DNA from: the human T2T-CHM13v2.0 reference genome, Homo sapiens | Direction: 5' to 3' (one strand) | Length of the DNA stretch: 64,000 nt | NCBI RefSeq assembly: GCF_009914755.1 | Contig: NC_060928.1 | In this document: piece by piece, positions 1-12,260 of the stretch | How positions within the stretch are numbered: the stretch's first letter is position 1 | Layout of the letters: every line of letters starts with the position of its first letter | The notes under the pieces: generated by a model | What the model saw: only the letters and a program-made list of their open reading frames with translations | Told to the model about the DNA's origin: nothing | The model's database searches: none | Program-made: the position numbers and the translations under genes

Positions 1-479
1 TCCACAACTTATAGCACTCATTTCTTTTTCAGTGATTGTTTTCCCTATGTAACTTCTTCTTTCTGCCCCTATTCAATCACCTTATTTAAATTACTTGAAT
101 ATTTTTCTTTCAGAAATAGTAAGTATTTGGATATACATATACTTTTTTATATTCCATAAATTGTGACATCTCATAATAAAGTAATGCTCAATTTGGTTTT
201 AATCAGATAGTTGCACACATTTAACAGGAGACATGTATGTTTGTAAAAAATTCCTATGTTAAACTTGAGCTTGTACTTGTGGACACTTTCAACTTCTTCA
301 GATGCCTGCAGGCTGGCCTCTCCCTGTTGGTTTGCCCCACACACAGCCTCTCCAGCACAAGCAGATGAAGGAAATGTTGTCTGTGACCCACTGCTGTATT
401 CAGCTTTATTACTTGAAATTGATATGAGCTTATCAACAGTTCATATCAGTTTCATGGGTAAGAGGAATAGAGAGGCAGG

Positions 480-930
480 TGAACTTAGAACTTCTCACCA
501 TTCATAGTCATGCTATTTCCGGAATCCAATGTTTGATTCTCCTTCTCTGATCACAACCTTCTATCCTTGCACCTCTCTGACTTCTTTACTCGCAAACTTG
601 TTCTTCATCCTCATCTCGATCGCTACTTATTCAGGCCTCCGTTTGTTCCCCAGCCATCATTTTGTCCTGCTTTCCCTTGACCCCTTCCTCAGACTGTGAC
701 TCACAGGCAGGCATCGTCCTGAGAGTGCATTAAACAGCACCCTAATGCTTGGCCCCGTTGGCTCACCCAGCATGCCAGTCCTGGCTCTGGAAGCCCCAAC
801 TACCAATTCTCTGTTTTCCTTCCAAGTGGCCACAGGTTATCAATGAAAGCCAAGAAAATATCTATTAAATAATTATGCTATCTAATATCAGCTGGGCCCT
901 CTCTGCAGCTTGCAATCCTTTTATCTGGAT
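480..930 (+). mobile_element. Degraded L2 LINE internal (ORF2) fragment
   Basis: ttc tct gat cac aac ctt cta tcc (~543-566) reads FSDHNLLS, the SDH end motif of the APE endonuclease; downstream agctgggccctctctgcagcttgcaatcc resembles recalled L2 consensus. Confidence 0.5.
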
Positions 931-2663
931 TTATTGATTAAACATCAAAATTCTGAAAAATCCATTCGGGCAGTCACAAAAGTTAAAAGGTTGGCATGTG
1001 CAAGCCCATGGAGTCAGGGAATGGACAAAGGGAAGCCCTGGTGCAGGCTGGTCTGGGACAGGAGTGACAGGCAGGGCCCAAGAGAGTCAGGTTAGAGGAG
1101 AGCTCAGCACAACCTGGTTGGCAGGACCAGTGCTGCTGTTTGCACATGCTCCAAAGTCTGTGCTCAAAGCTGACAAAGATAAATTCCAATGTGTTTGAGC
1201 AAATAGGCTTTGCTCATCCTCAGCCAATAAATATCCCATATCCTGAACAGGCTCCCAGTTGACTTCTTGGTACAATTTGAGTTGATGGTCTGCGCAGCTG
1301 TGTAGAAATGAGGGCTTGGGTTACATCACAGACAACCTCTCTGACTATAATTGCCCCATTACAGGAGTGATCAACTGAGACGTCATTGCCAAAAGTCCCT
1401 CATTGTGAACTCCCCGAGACCGGATACAGACTATTTTTGATGGAAGGCCAATTGCTCAGGGATTTACTGCCGTTAGCGATTCTACGGAAGGCAACGAGGC
1501 TTGCTTTCAGGGCGCAACGAAGAAGCCATCTGTTTGCTCAGACCTTTGCCTGAGTGCAAGCCTCGTAGTCCCCAGGGGCTTTGTTGATGTTATTGTTATT
1601 GTTATTCTTCATTATTTATTGATCGTCCCAAATACATAATGTACTGAGGGATGATAATGTTCATGAGAAACATAGTTTATGTGTATGAAAAATGCTTAAT
1701 CTAATATGCTATACATAATGTTTGGAAGAATAGTGCTTCTTATCTGGCAACTGATAGAGTTGACTATTTAGAGGTAGAAGGTTTTTCTGTTTTTGTTTGT
1801 TTTGCTTTTTTAGGTAGGAATGAGTGTTTATAAAAATCAACCAAGAATCCTTATCAAAATAGTTTAATGTATGATTAGCTTATAGTACTTGTTGTTTGAT
1901 CTAGATCAGTTTGTGCCCACATAGTCTCTCTTTTTTCCCTTCTTTTCCCTTCCCTTTTCTTATTTCCTTCATTTATTTATTCAAGACATATTTATGAGCA
2001 TGTATTATCCATCAGACATTATGGAATCAAAAATTAATGAACTACTGTCATTATCTCAAAAGCTTATCTTTTTAAAAAGAAGTCAAGGCAATTTACCATA
2101 TCACCTTCCCACCTTGATAGAAATATACAGATGTTGCCCTTAAGATTAATAACCTCGTAATTAGTATTGTGGTTAAGATCCTTAATAGCGCAATCACAAG
2201 AATATTTATTATTTATTATATGAATGACATTAAAGGGAATTTTTAAAAATTTTGCTCATCATCAAATTTGTGATATTCTAAATCTAAATTTAGGGATACA
2301 GATTGTGGTGGAAATTTTTTTATTTTAGTGGTATTGGTTTTTCTTGCCGAATGATATAATTTTTTTTCAAGTTTTTTGTCTAGGTCTAACCTCTTCCTAT
2401 GACAATATCTTTGTGTAAATTTCTCACAATGAAATTTCCTGAAGTTCAAGGATATGCGAATATTTACAAATTAATCATCAAATAAAATAAAACTAAATAT
2501 GGAATATTAAGCTTCTATAAAAAATTAGCAGTAATTTCATCTGATTCCCATAATTAAGATAATTATATTATGCTATGTTGTAAATGTGGAAAAATATTTC
2601 AAATGTTATTTATATAGAAAGACTTTCTAATTCTGCATCTGTGGTAGCAGAACTTTTCAATAG

Positions 2664-3050
<387 letters not shown>

Positions 3051-4224
3051 CAATATTTTCTTTTGAATACTGTGAGTTCAATGGAAAAAATACCGAAGAA
3101 AGACACAATCCATCTTTATACACATGCCCATATGTACAATTTTCTAGCTGATTCTTTCTTTCTCAGTCATAATCATAGTTATTTATCAAGCAACTTATGT
3201 ATCACCACAGAGTTAATCCAAATGGCTAGAATTGACCGTCTATGTATCATTCATGGGATAAGCTAAATACATTCATAGAAGCTGTTTTGAATTAAGAAAA
3301 TAATTTTGATCTGAATATTGTCTTGAATAAGCATCTGGATTAGTGGAGGGTTGTTCAATTATTAGAACTTTTTGTTTTGAAATGAAGGCTTCTCAGGTCA
3401 TGAAGATTATTAGTATTATTGCTATCAGGGAGATAAATGACCCTACAGATGATAGAATATTTCATGTAGTGTATGCGTCGGGATAGTTGGAGTAATGTGG
3501 AGGCATACCAGATAGACCGAGGAAATGAATAGACTGAGGCAAGAATATCTCTGAAAATCTGTCACATTATTGTGGAATTTTCTTCTTTAATATTATAATT
3601 TTAATGATTTAAAATTAGAGTCTAGCAATTACAGTCAAAGTATATAAAAAGAATATCCATTAATTGTTCTAGATATATAAATTCCATGGAGAATCCTTAA
3701 AAAATTTAGAAACACACTGTACATTTTGATCTGAGAGCTATGACTCAGTACTTGATGTTTGCAACAATTTTTCAGCCAATTTCTTGTAATTCCTCACAAA
3801 TAAGACTTTTGATCACAAACTAGCCATTTAAAATATATAAGCTATATGTGTCATTCAAGCACTCATGTATCTTTAATCAGTAAATACTTACTAAGTTAAT
3901 ACCAAGTGTAATTCATAGTACAATGTGTTGAACATACAGAACTAAATAATTGCTCTGAAACTTTTGTCTCGTTACTCAGAGTTTAGTGGGAATGTCACTA
4001 TTTAGGCCATTTCTAGCTTGCACGGTGTCTTCATGAGTTTAAGACTCAAGAGCTTAAGCTATATTTCACCCCCGTTGAACCCTTCGCTGGGTGTTCTTCT
4101 GCAAGATGCGATCTCCCCAGTCATGTACAGCATCTCTGAGCATGTTTATATATCCCAACAAGGCAGAAGATGTGATTCACTCTGCTCCAGAGCAGAGCAG
4201 AGATAATCAGGGAAACACACACAA

Positions 4225-4270
4225 TGTGGGAGTCAGCTCCCAAGATGGCTCCCAGTGATCTCCACCCTCT

Positions 4271-4302
<32 letters not shown>

Positions 4303-5052
4303 CAGAGACAGAGCCTCACTCTGTTGCCCAGGCTGGAGTGCAGTGGTGTAATCTTGGCTCACTGCAACCTCTGCCCCCGCTGGGTTCAAGTGATTCTCTT
4401 GCCTCAGTCTCCCAGGTGACTGAGATTACAGGCGCCTGCCACCACACCTGGCTAATTTTTGTATTTTTAGTAGAGATGGGGTTTCACCATCTTGGCCAGG
4501 CTGGTCTTGAACTCCTGACCTTGTGATCTACCCATGTTGGAAAGTGCTGGGATTACAGGCATAAGCCACTGCGCCCAGCGCCTCTGGTATTCTTGCCTAT
4601 AAACACTCATTCTATCCCTTCTGTCTCCTTCAGTGTCAGTGAAACCTAGTTACTTCCTTCTAACAAATAGAATATTACAGAAGTAATAGAACGGTACTTT
4701 TGAGACTAGGTTTTAAAAATCTGATTTCTGCCTTAGGCTCTTCTCTCGCTCTCTCTCTCTATCTCTGATTGCTTGCCCTGGGGGAAGTGAGTTATCATGT
4801 CATGAGGCAGTCCTGTAGAGAGGCCCATGTGTCAGAGGTCCAAGACATGTCAAGAGCCATACGAGGGACCATGGAAACATCTCCTCCAACCAAGTTGAGT
4901 TTTCAGCTAAGCCCACAGCCCTGGCTTATTATTGGACTGCAGTTTCATGAGACTCCTTGAGCCAGACACTCAGCTTTGTCATGCCTGAATCCCTGACCCA
5001 CGGAAACTGACAGAGTAAATGTTTATTGTTTTAAGCCACTACGTTTTGGGGT
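4225..5052 (+). mobile_element. MaLR LTR (MLT1F-like), interrupted by an Alu
   Basis: Starts tgtgggagtcagctcccaagatggctcccagtgatc, continues ctggtattc...aatagaatattacagaagt, ends near aaatgtttattgttttaagccactacgttttgggg, typical of MLT1F/G. Confidence 0.75.
4272..4580 (-). mobile_element. AluS (Sg-like)
   Basis: Poly-T plus full Alu dimer; ggccaggctggtcttgaactcctgaccttgtgatc; small deletion before aaagtgctggg. Confidence 0.92.
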
Positions 5053-5089
5053 ATAAAGTCATGTTGTCTTTCTTATCTCAATAATTTTT

Positions 5090-8000
5090 ATGTTTTACTC
5101 ATACGACAGTCCAAAATGGGTGTTCCTGAAAGGGAATCTCTCCTGGGCAACTTTCCTCACTGTGATGACATCAGGTCCCAGGCTCCTTCCCTGTGATCAC
5201 GGTGCCCTCAGTGTGATGACATCAGGTCCCAGGCTCCTTCCCTGTGATCACGGTGCCCTCAGTGTGATGACATCAGGTCCCAGGCTCCTTCCCTGTGATC
5301 ACGGTGCCCTCAGTGTGATGACATCAGGTCCCAGGCTCCTTCCCTGTGATCACGGTGCCCTCAGTGTGATGACATCAGGTCCCAGGCTCCGTCCCTGTGA
5401 TCACGGTGCCCTCAGTGTGATGACATCAGGTCCCAGGCTCCGTCCCTGTGATCACGGTGCCCTCAGTGTGATGACATCAGGTCCCAGGCTCCTTCCCTGT
5501 GATCACGGTGCCCTCAGTGTGATGACATCAGGTCCCAGGCTCCTTCCCTGTGATCACGGTGCCCTCAGTGTGATGACATCAGGTCCCAGGCTCCTTCCCT
5601 GTGATCACGGTGCCCTCAGTGTGATGACATCAGGTCCCAGGCTCCTTCCCTGTGATCACGGTGCCCTCAGTGTGATGACATCATGTCCCAGGCTCCTTCC
5701 CTGTGATCACGGTGCCCTCAGTGTGATGACATCAGGTCCCAGGCTGCTTCCCTGTGATCACGGTGCCCTCAGTGTGATGACATCAGGTCCCAGGCTCCTT
5801 CCCTGTGATCACGGTGCCCTCAGTGTGATGACATCAGGTCCCAGGCTCCTTCCCTGTGATCACGGTGCCCTCAGTGTGATGACATCAGGTCCCAGGCTCC
5901 TTCCCTGTGATCACGGTGCCCTCAGTGTGATGACATCAGGTCCCAGGCTCCTTCCCTGTGATCACGGTGCCCTCAGTGTGATGACATCAGGTCCCAGGCT
6001 CCTTCCCTGTGATCACGGTGCCCTCAGTGTGATGACATCAGGTCCCAGGCTCCTTCCCTGTGATCACGGTGCCCTCAGTGTGATGACATCAGGTCCCAGG
6101 CTCCTTCCCTGTGATCACGGTGCCCTCAGTGTGATGACATCAGGTCCCAGGCTCCGTCCCTGTGATCACGGTGCCCTCAGTGTGATGACATCAGGTCCCC
6201 GTCTCCTTCCCTGTGATCACGGTGCCCTCAGTGTGATGACATCAGGTCCCCGTCTCCTTCCCTGTGATCACGGTGCCCTCAGTGTGATGACATCAGGTCC
6301 CAGGCTCCTTCCCTGTGATCACGGTGCCCTCAGTGTGATGACATCAGGTCCCAGGCTCCTTCCCTGTGATCACGGTGCCCTCAGTGTGATGACATCAGGT
6401 CCCAGGCTCCTTCCCTGTGATCACGGTGCCCTCAGTGTGATGACATCAGGTCCCAGGCTCCTTCCCTGTGATCACGGTGCCCTCAGTGTGATGACATCAG
6501 GTCCCAGGCTGCTTCCCTGTGATCACGGTGCCCTCAGTGTGATGACATCAGGTCCCAGGCTCCTTCCCTGTGATCACGGTGCCCTCAGTGTGATGACATC
6601 AGGTCCCAGGCTCCTTCCCTGTGATCACGGTGCCCTCAGTGTGATGACATCAGGTCCCAGGCTGCTTCCCTGTGATCACGGTGCCCTCAGTGTGATGACA
6701 TCAGGTCCCAGGCTCCTTCCCTGTGATCACGGTGCCCTCAGTGTGATGACATCAGGTCCCAGGCTCCTTCCCTGTGATCACGGTGCCCTCAGTGTGATGA
6801 CATCAGGTCCCAGGCTCCTTCCCTGTGATCACGGTGCCCTCAGTGTGATGACATCAGGTCCCAGGCTCCTTCCCTGTGATCACGGTGCCCTCAGTGTGAT
6901 GACATCAGGTCCCAGGCTCCTTCCCTGTGATCACGGTGCCCTCAGTGTGATGACATCAGGTCCCAGGCTCCGTCCCTGTGATCACGGTGCCCTCAGTGTG
7001 ATGACATCAGGTCCCAGGCTCCTTCCCTGTGATCACGGTGCCCTCAGTGTGATGACATCAGGTCCCAGGCTCCGTCCCTGTGATCACGGTGCCCTCAGTG
7101 TGATGACATCAGGTCCCAGGCTCCGTCCCTGTGATCACGGTGCCCTCAGTGTGATGACATCAGGTCCCAGGCTCCGTCCCTGTGATCACGGTGCCCTCAG
7201 TGTGATGACATCAGGTCCCAGGCTCCTTCCCTGTGATCACGGTGCCCTCAGTGTGATGACATCAGGTCCCAGGCTCCTTCCCTGTGATCACGGTGCCCTC
7301 AGTGTGATGACATCAGGTCCCAGGCTCCTTCCCTGTGATCACGGTGCCCTCAGTGTGATGACATCAGGTCCCAGGCTCCGTCCCTGTGATCACGGTGCCC
7401 TCAGTGTGATGACATCAGGTCCCAGGCTCCTTCCCTGTGATCACGGTGCCCTCAGTGTGATGACATCAGGTCCCAGGCTCCTTCCCTGTGATCACGGTGC
7501 CCTCAGTGTGATGACATCAGATCCCAGGCTCCTTCCCTGTGATCACGGTGCCCTCAGTGTGATGACATCAGGTCCCAGGCTCCTTCCCTGTGATCACGGT
7601 GCCCTCAGTGTGATGACATCAGGTCCCAGGCTCCTTCCCTGTGATCACGGTGCCCTCAGTGTGATGACATCAGGTCCCAGGCTGCTTCCCTGTGATCACG
7701 GTGCCCTCAGTGTGATGACATCAGGTCCCAGGCTCCTTCCCTGTGATCACGGTGCCCTCAGTGTGATGACATCAGGTCCCAGGCTCCTTCCCTGTGATCA
7801 CGGTGCCCTCAGTGTGATGACATCAGGTCCCAGGCTCCTTCCCTGTGATCACGGTGCCCTCAGTGTGATGACATCAGGTCCCAGGCTCCTTCCCTGTGAT
7901 CACGGTGCCCTCAGTGTGATGACATCAGGTCCCAGGCTCCTTCCCTGTGATCACGGTGCCCTCAGTGTGATGACATCAGGTCCCAGGCTCCGTCCCTGTG

Positions 8001-8734
8001 ATCACGGTGCCCTCAGTGTGATGACATCAGGTCCCAGGCTCCTTCCCTGTGATCACGGTGCCCTCAGTGTGATGACATCAGGTCCCAGGCTCCTTCCCTG
8101 TGATCACGGTGCCCTCAGTGTGATGACATCAGATCCCAGGCTCCTTCCCTGTGATCACGGTGCCCTCAGTGTGATGACATCAGGTCCCAGGCTCCTTCCC
8201 TGTGATCACGGTGCCCTCAGTGTGATGACATCAGGTCCCAGGCTCCTTCCCTGTGATCACGGTGCCCTCAGTGTGATGACATCAGGTCCCAGGCTGCTTC
8301 CCTGTGATCACGGTGCCCTCAGTGTGATGACATCAGGTCCCAGGCTCCTTCCCTGTGATCACGGTGCCCTCAGTGTGATGACATCAGGTCCCAGGCTCCT
8401 TCCCTGTGATCACGGTGCCCTCAGTGTGATCACATCAGGTCCCAGGCTCCTTCCCTGTGATCACGGTGCCCTCAGTGTGATGACATCAGGTCCCAGGCTC
8501 CTTCCCTGTGATCACGGTGCCCTCAGTGTGATGACATCAGGTCCCAGGCTCCTTCCCTGTGATCACGGTGCCCTCAGTGTGATGACATCAGGTCCCAGGC
8601 TCCGTCCCTGTGATCACGGTGCCCTCAGTGTGATGACATCAGGTCCCAGGCTCCTTCCCTGTGATCACGGTGCCCTCAGTGTGATGACATCAGGTCCCAG
8701 GCTCCTTCCCTGTGATCACGGTGCCCTCCGTTAA
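5090..8734 (+). other. 1214-codon ORF made by the VNTR, (VMTSGPRLLPCDHGALS)x70; probably not a real protein gene
   Basis: Unit length is divisible by 3 and one frame has no stop; the other five frames contain TGA in every consensus unit. No promoter or splice evidence, and the ORF lies inside an LTR fossil. Confidence 0.2.
5161..8728. repeat. Minisatellite/VNTR, 70 copies of 51-bp unit tgtgatgacatcaggtcccaggctccttccctgtgatcacggtgccctcag
   Basis: Directly visible. Register is identical at 5161, 6181, 7201 and 8221 (1020 bp = 20 units), so there are no net indels. By my count 49 consensus and 21 variant units. Confidence 0.99.
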
Positions 8735-9109
8735 TCCCTAGGAGTGTTTTCCATTCAGCCAGTGAATGGAGAGAGACCAAATAGGTGGAGACTGGTGGGG
8801 AGAAGTAGGCCAGGGACAGAATAGACCTGAAAATAGTGTGTATCACTTCTTTCCAGATTCTATTGGCCAGAACTTAGTAGCATGGCACCACTTAATTGGA
8901 GGGAAGCTGAGAAATGTAACCTAGCTGTGTGCCCAGAAAGAGAAAGGAAATGGTTTGGCAAACAACTTGTCAGTCTCTGCCACATGGGCCATAGTGTGAT
9001 TGGGCAAGGGTGGAATTGGATGAAAGAAAGAGAGGACTGAAAATCTTCGAGGCAAAGGACACAGCTCCCTGGGAATTTTGAAGTATTTGGCATTAAGAGT
9101 GTTGCCAAA

Positions 9110-9443
<334 letters not shown>

Positions 9444-9709
9444 TTATTTTCTCTATAAAGTGAGTAAAGATGCAAATTTGAAAAACAACAGGAAGCTAAT
9501 TATGAAGAAATGAAATAGATATTTTAGAAATGTAATGATGCCGAACACTAGCAGATTTTGAAATCTAAAAGTCTTCATGCCATTTTCTCACGTCTAATTC
9601 TAACAAAATATAAGGAATATCTCAAGTGCTAGCATATTCATACAAGAAAGCAAGTCAAGCAGGCTTCACAAATACTCCTTGATTATATTTAAGTGCAAAA
9701 GTGGTTCCT

Positions 9710-10148
9710 CCAACCCAAATGCCCATGAATGATAGACTGGATAAAGAAAAGGTGGCACATATACACCATGGAATACTATGCAGCCATAAAAAAGAGTGAG
9801 TTCATGTCCTCTGCAGGGACATGGATGAAACTGTAAGCTATCATTCTCAGCAAACTAACACAGGAACAGAAAACCAAACGCTTCATGTTCTCACTCATAA
9901 GTCGGAGTTGAACAATGAGAACACATGGACACAGGGACAGGAGCATCACACACCAGGGCCTGTTGGGGGCGGGGGACAAAGGGAGGGAGATCATTAGGAG
10001 AAATACGTAATGCATGCGGGCCTTAAAACCTAGATGACGGGTTGATGGGTGCAGCAAACCACCATGGCACATGTATACCTATGTAACAAACCTGCACGTT
10101 CTGCACATGTGTCCCAGAACTTAAAGCAAAATAAAATAAAATTAAAAA
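9710..10148 (+). mobile_element. 5'-truncated L1PA 3' end
   Basis: caacccaaatgccc...tggcacatatacaccatggaatactatgcagccataaaaa...gtaacaaacctgcacgttctgcacatg...ccagaacttaaag plus A-rich tail. Confidence 0.92.
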
Positions 10149-11455
10149 CCTGGTTCCTTAAGATAACATTGTAGCACTCTTCCAAAAGAGTGTGAGAATC
10201 AAAGTGCTCATTTCCAACAACAGAAAGTTCACAAACAAATAATTTGCCTGTCAACACATTCCTAATATTGTACTTTTAATAACATTTTGATTGGCCAGCC
10301 TCTCACCTTTTTGGGCTCTGTTTTCAGTTTTCTTTTCTGCTTTCAGCCTAAGGAATTTTAATGTGTCATCATACAGAAGGTGAATCTCATATGAAGCCTT
10401 ATGAGAGAGTAGGGAGATTTGCATGAAATAAAGGGAGGATTTACATCGCCTATGATACTGCCTGTCTGAAGTTAAGGATTTCCTTGTTTTCTTAGTTCTG
10501 CTGGTGGGAAATGAAAGAAACTAAATCCGGAACATTCCTTGCTGACATAGTGACAAAACTACTCCCATAAATTTAATAAAGAAATCATTTTATTCCCATG
10601 ATTCATTCTTATTTGTAAAACGATAGTGTTTGAATTAAATAGATCACAAAATGGAAGACAAAATATTATACTAGACCATCTATGCCATTAAGAAATATCT
10701 TTAAGTAATTAAAGGATAAATTAAACAAATATTTTCAATAGATCTAAAATCTCTTTCATAATAACAATAAATAGTGATGAGTCCAAGACTTACTATTATT
10801 TTGAAAGCTGCCCTTTAAATCTAAGGAGTGGAATTTAGGGGTTTAATGGAATCTGTTTTATATCAAACAAGCATTGGAAAAAAAACACCAGTAAATCTTT
10901 TGAATCTAAAAGATGAATAGATGTTTCTTAATGAATGTGAATTCTGCTGTTTCCATTTTTATTTGGATATTAAAACTTTGGAAGAAAATAATAGTTGTGA
11001 TGGGTTTTGGCCTACTTTATCATTTTAAAGGACGTTTTTACCATCAGAATAAAAGTCCATGATTTATATCAACGATTGAAATGACATTACTTTTGAAGCA
11101 ATTTAGTTGAAGAAAAAATTTGAATTATCACTACAACAATTCAACTAACACATCCCCATGAAGGGCAATGGGAAGGCACTTGTCTTGGAGCTCTGTCCTG
11201 GCATATCCTATTGTTAGTCATGTAATTTGGGATTAGGCATTTGTCATCTCTAGAGGGCCTTTTCTAGCCTATGGGTTGTGTGGCTTTGAAAAAGGTCTCC
11301 TCCGGGACATCCTTGAGCAGAAACAGCTTGCCCAACTGTGCGGGGTGATCCTGCCCCAGTCCTATCTAGCTCACACTGCTATCAGGACCAAAGGAAACAC
11401 AAGCCCTTTGTAAATTACACGGTGTTGTTCAAATGTGAAGTTCTATCATCTAGAT

Positions 11456-11789
11456 CAGGAGTCGTAAACTGTTTTTGTAAAGGGCAAGACAGTAAGCATT
11501 TTAGGCTTTGCTGGCCACACCATCTCTGCTGCAACCACTCAGCGCTGCTGTGGAGCGAAGCAGCTGCGTACAACATGTAAAAGGGTGAGAGTGGCTGTGC
11601 TCCAATCAAACTTCATTTATGGACACTGAAACTGGAAATGCGTGTAATTATCATGTGTCACCAAATATTCTTTTTCTCTCTATTTTTTTCCAAACATTAA
11701 AAAAAGTAAAAATTGTTCTTATCTCACGGGGCATATAAAATGGACAATGGGCTGGATTGTGGCCCACAGACGATAGTTGGCTGACTCCG
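11456..11789 (+). mobile_element. MER58B-like hAT-Charlie DNA transposon
   Basis: caggagtcgtaaact...gtaaagggcaagacagtaagcattttaggctttg...tagttggctgactccg; 8-bp TSD atctagat (11448-11455) / atctagac (11790-11797). Confidence 0.85.
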
Positions 11790-11799
11790 ATCTAGACCA

Positions 11800-11946
11800 C
11801 TTATCTAATTACCTGAGCAATCTCGAATCTTGCTGCTCAGAGCCTGGGCCTCAACCCAAATTGATAGAATCCAAATCTGTTTTTTTTTTTTTTTTTTTTT
11901 GGAAGGTTCCCTAGGCAATTCTAGTCCTTAAGTTTGAGAAGCCTTG
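11800..11946. mobile_element. MER5-like hAT fragment with poly-T expansion
   Basis: cctgggcctcaaccc...aaatctgttttt...ccctaggcaattct...aagtttgagaagccttg. Confidence 0.5.
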
Positions 11947-12089
11947 ATATGGAACAGAGTTGAGAACCAGAAAGAGCAGAGAAAATACCGGGCTTTCTGA
12001 ATATGGTAAAGCATATACTACAAAAGTACATGCTAAGGGCTGGGCAATTATTAATAGAAGAGCCATTTAGCCCTTCACTCAAAGCCAAA

Positions 12090-12260
12090 TTGTATATATA
12101 TACATATATGCACATGTGTGTATGTATGTACATATATACACGCTTATATGTGTATGTATAATATATACATATGTGTGTGCATATACATATATATTTATAG
12201 AATATGGAAACATTATATATATAAACACACACACACATACATACACACATACATATATAC
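12090..12260. repeat. Compound (TA)/(TG)/(CA) microsatellite
   Basis: Alternating purine-pyrimidine tract tatatatatacatatatgcacatgtgtgtatg...acacacacatac. Confidence 0.9.

Larger units (their letters stand above)
5075..8984 (-). mobile_element. Ancient MaLR LTR (MLT1I/MLT1J-like) split by the 51-bp VNTR
   Basis: Right part 8730-8984 reverse-complements to tgtggcagagactgac...ctgggcacacagctaggttacatttctcagcttccctcc...gttctggccaatagaatc, the MLT1I/J 5' end; left flank gggcaactttcctc plus the unit's cccaggctccttcc matches the internal ggaaggagcctggg...gctgccc segment. Confidence 0.75.

Noticed and set aside
5161-8728. CRISPR-like array (regular repeats with internal palindromes)
   Set aside because: Units are head-to-tail with no unique spacers, there are no cas genes, and the context is primate DNA.
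5090-8734. Calling the 1214-aa ORF a mucin-like or other known gene
   Set aside because: No signal peptide, unique domains or exon structure; it begins and ends within an LTR fossil.
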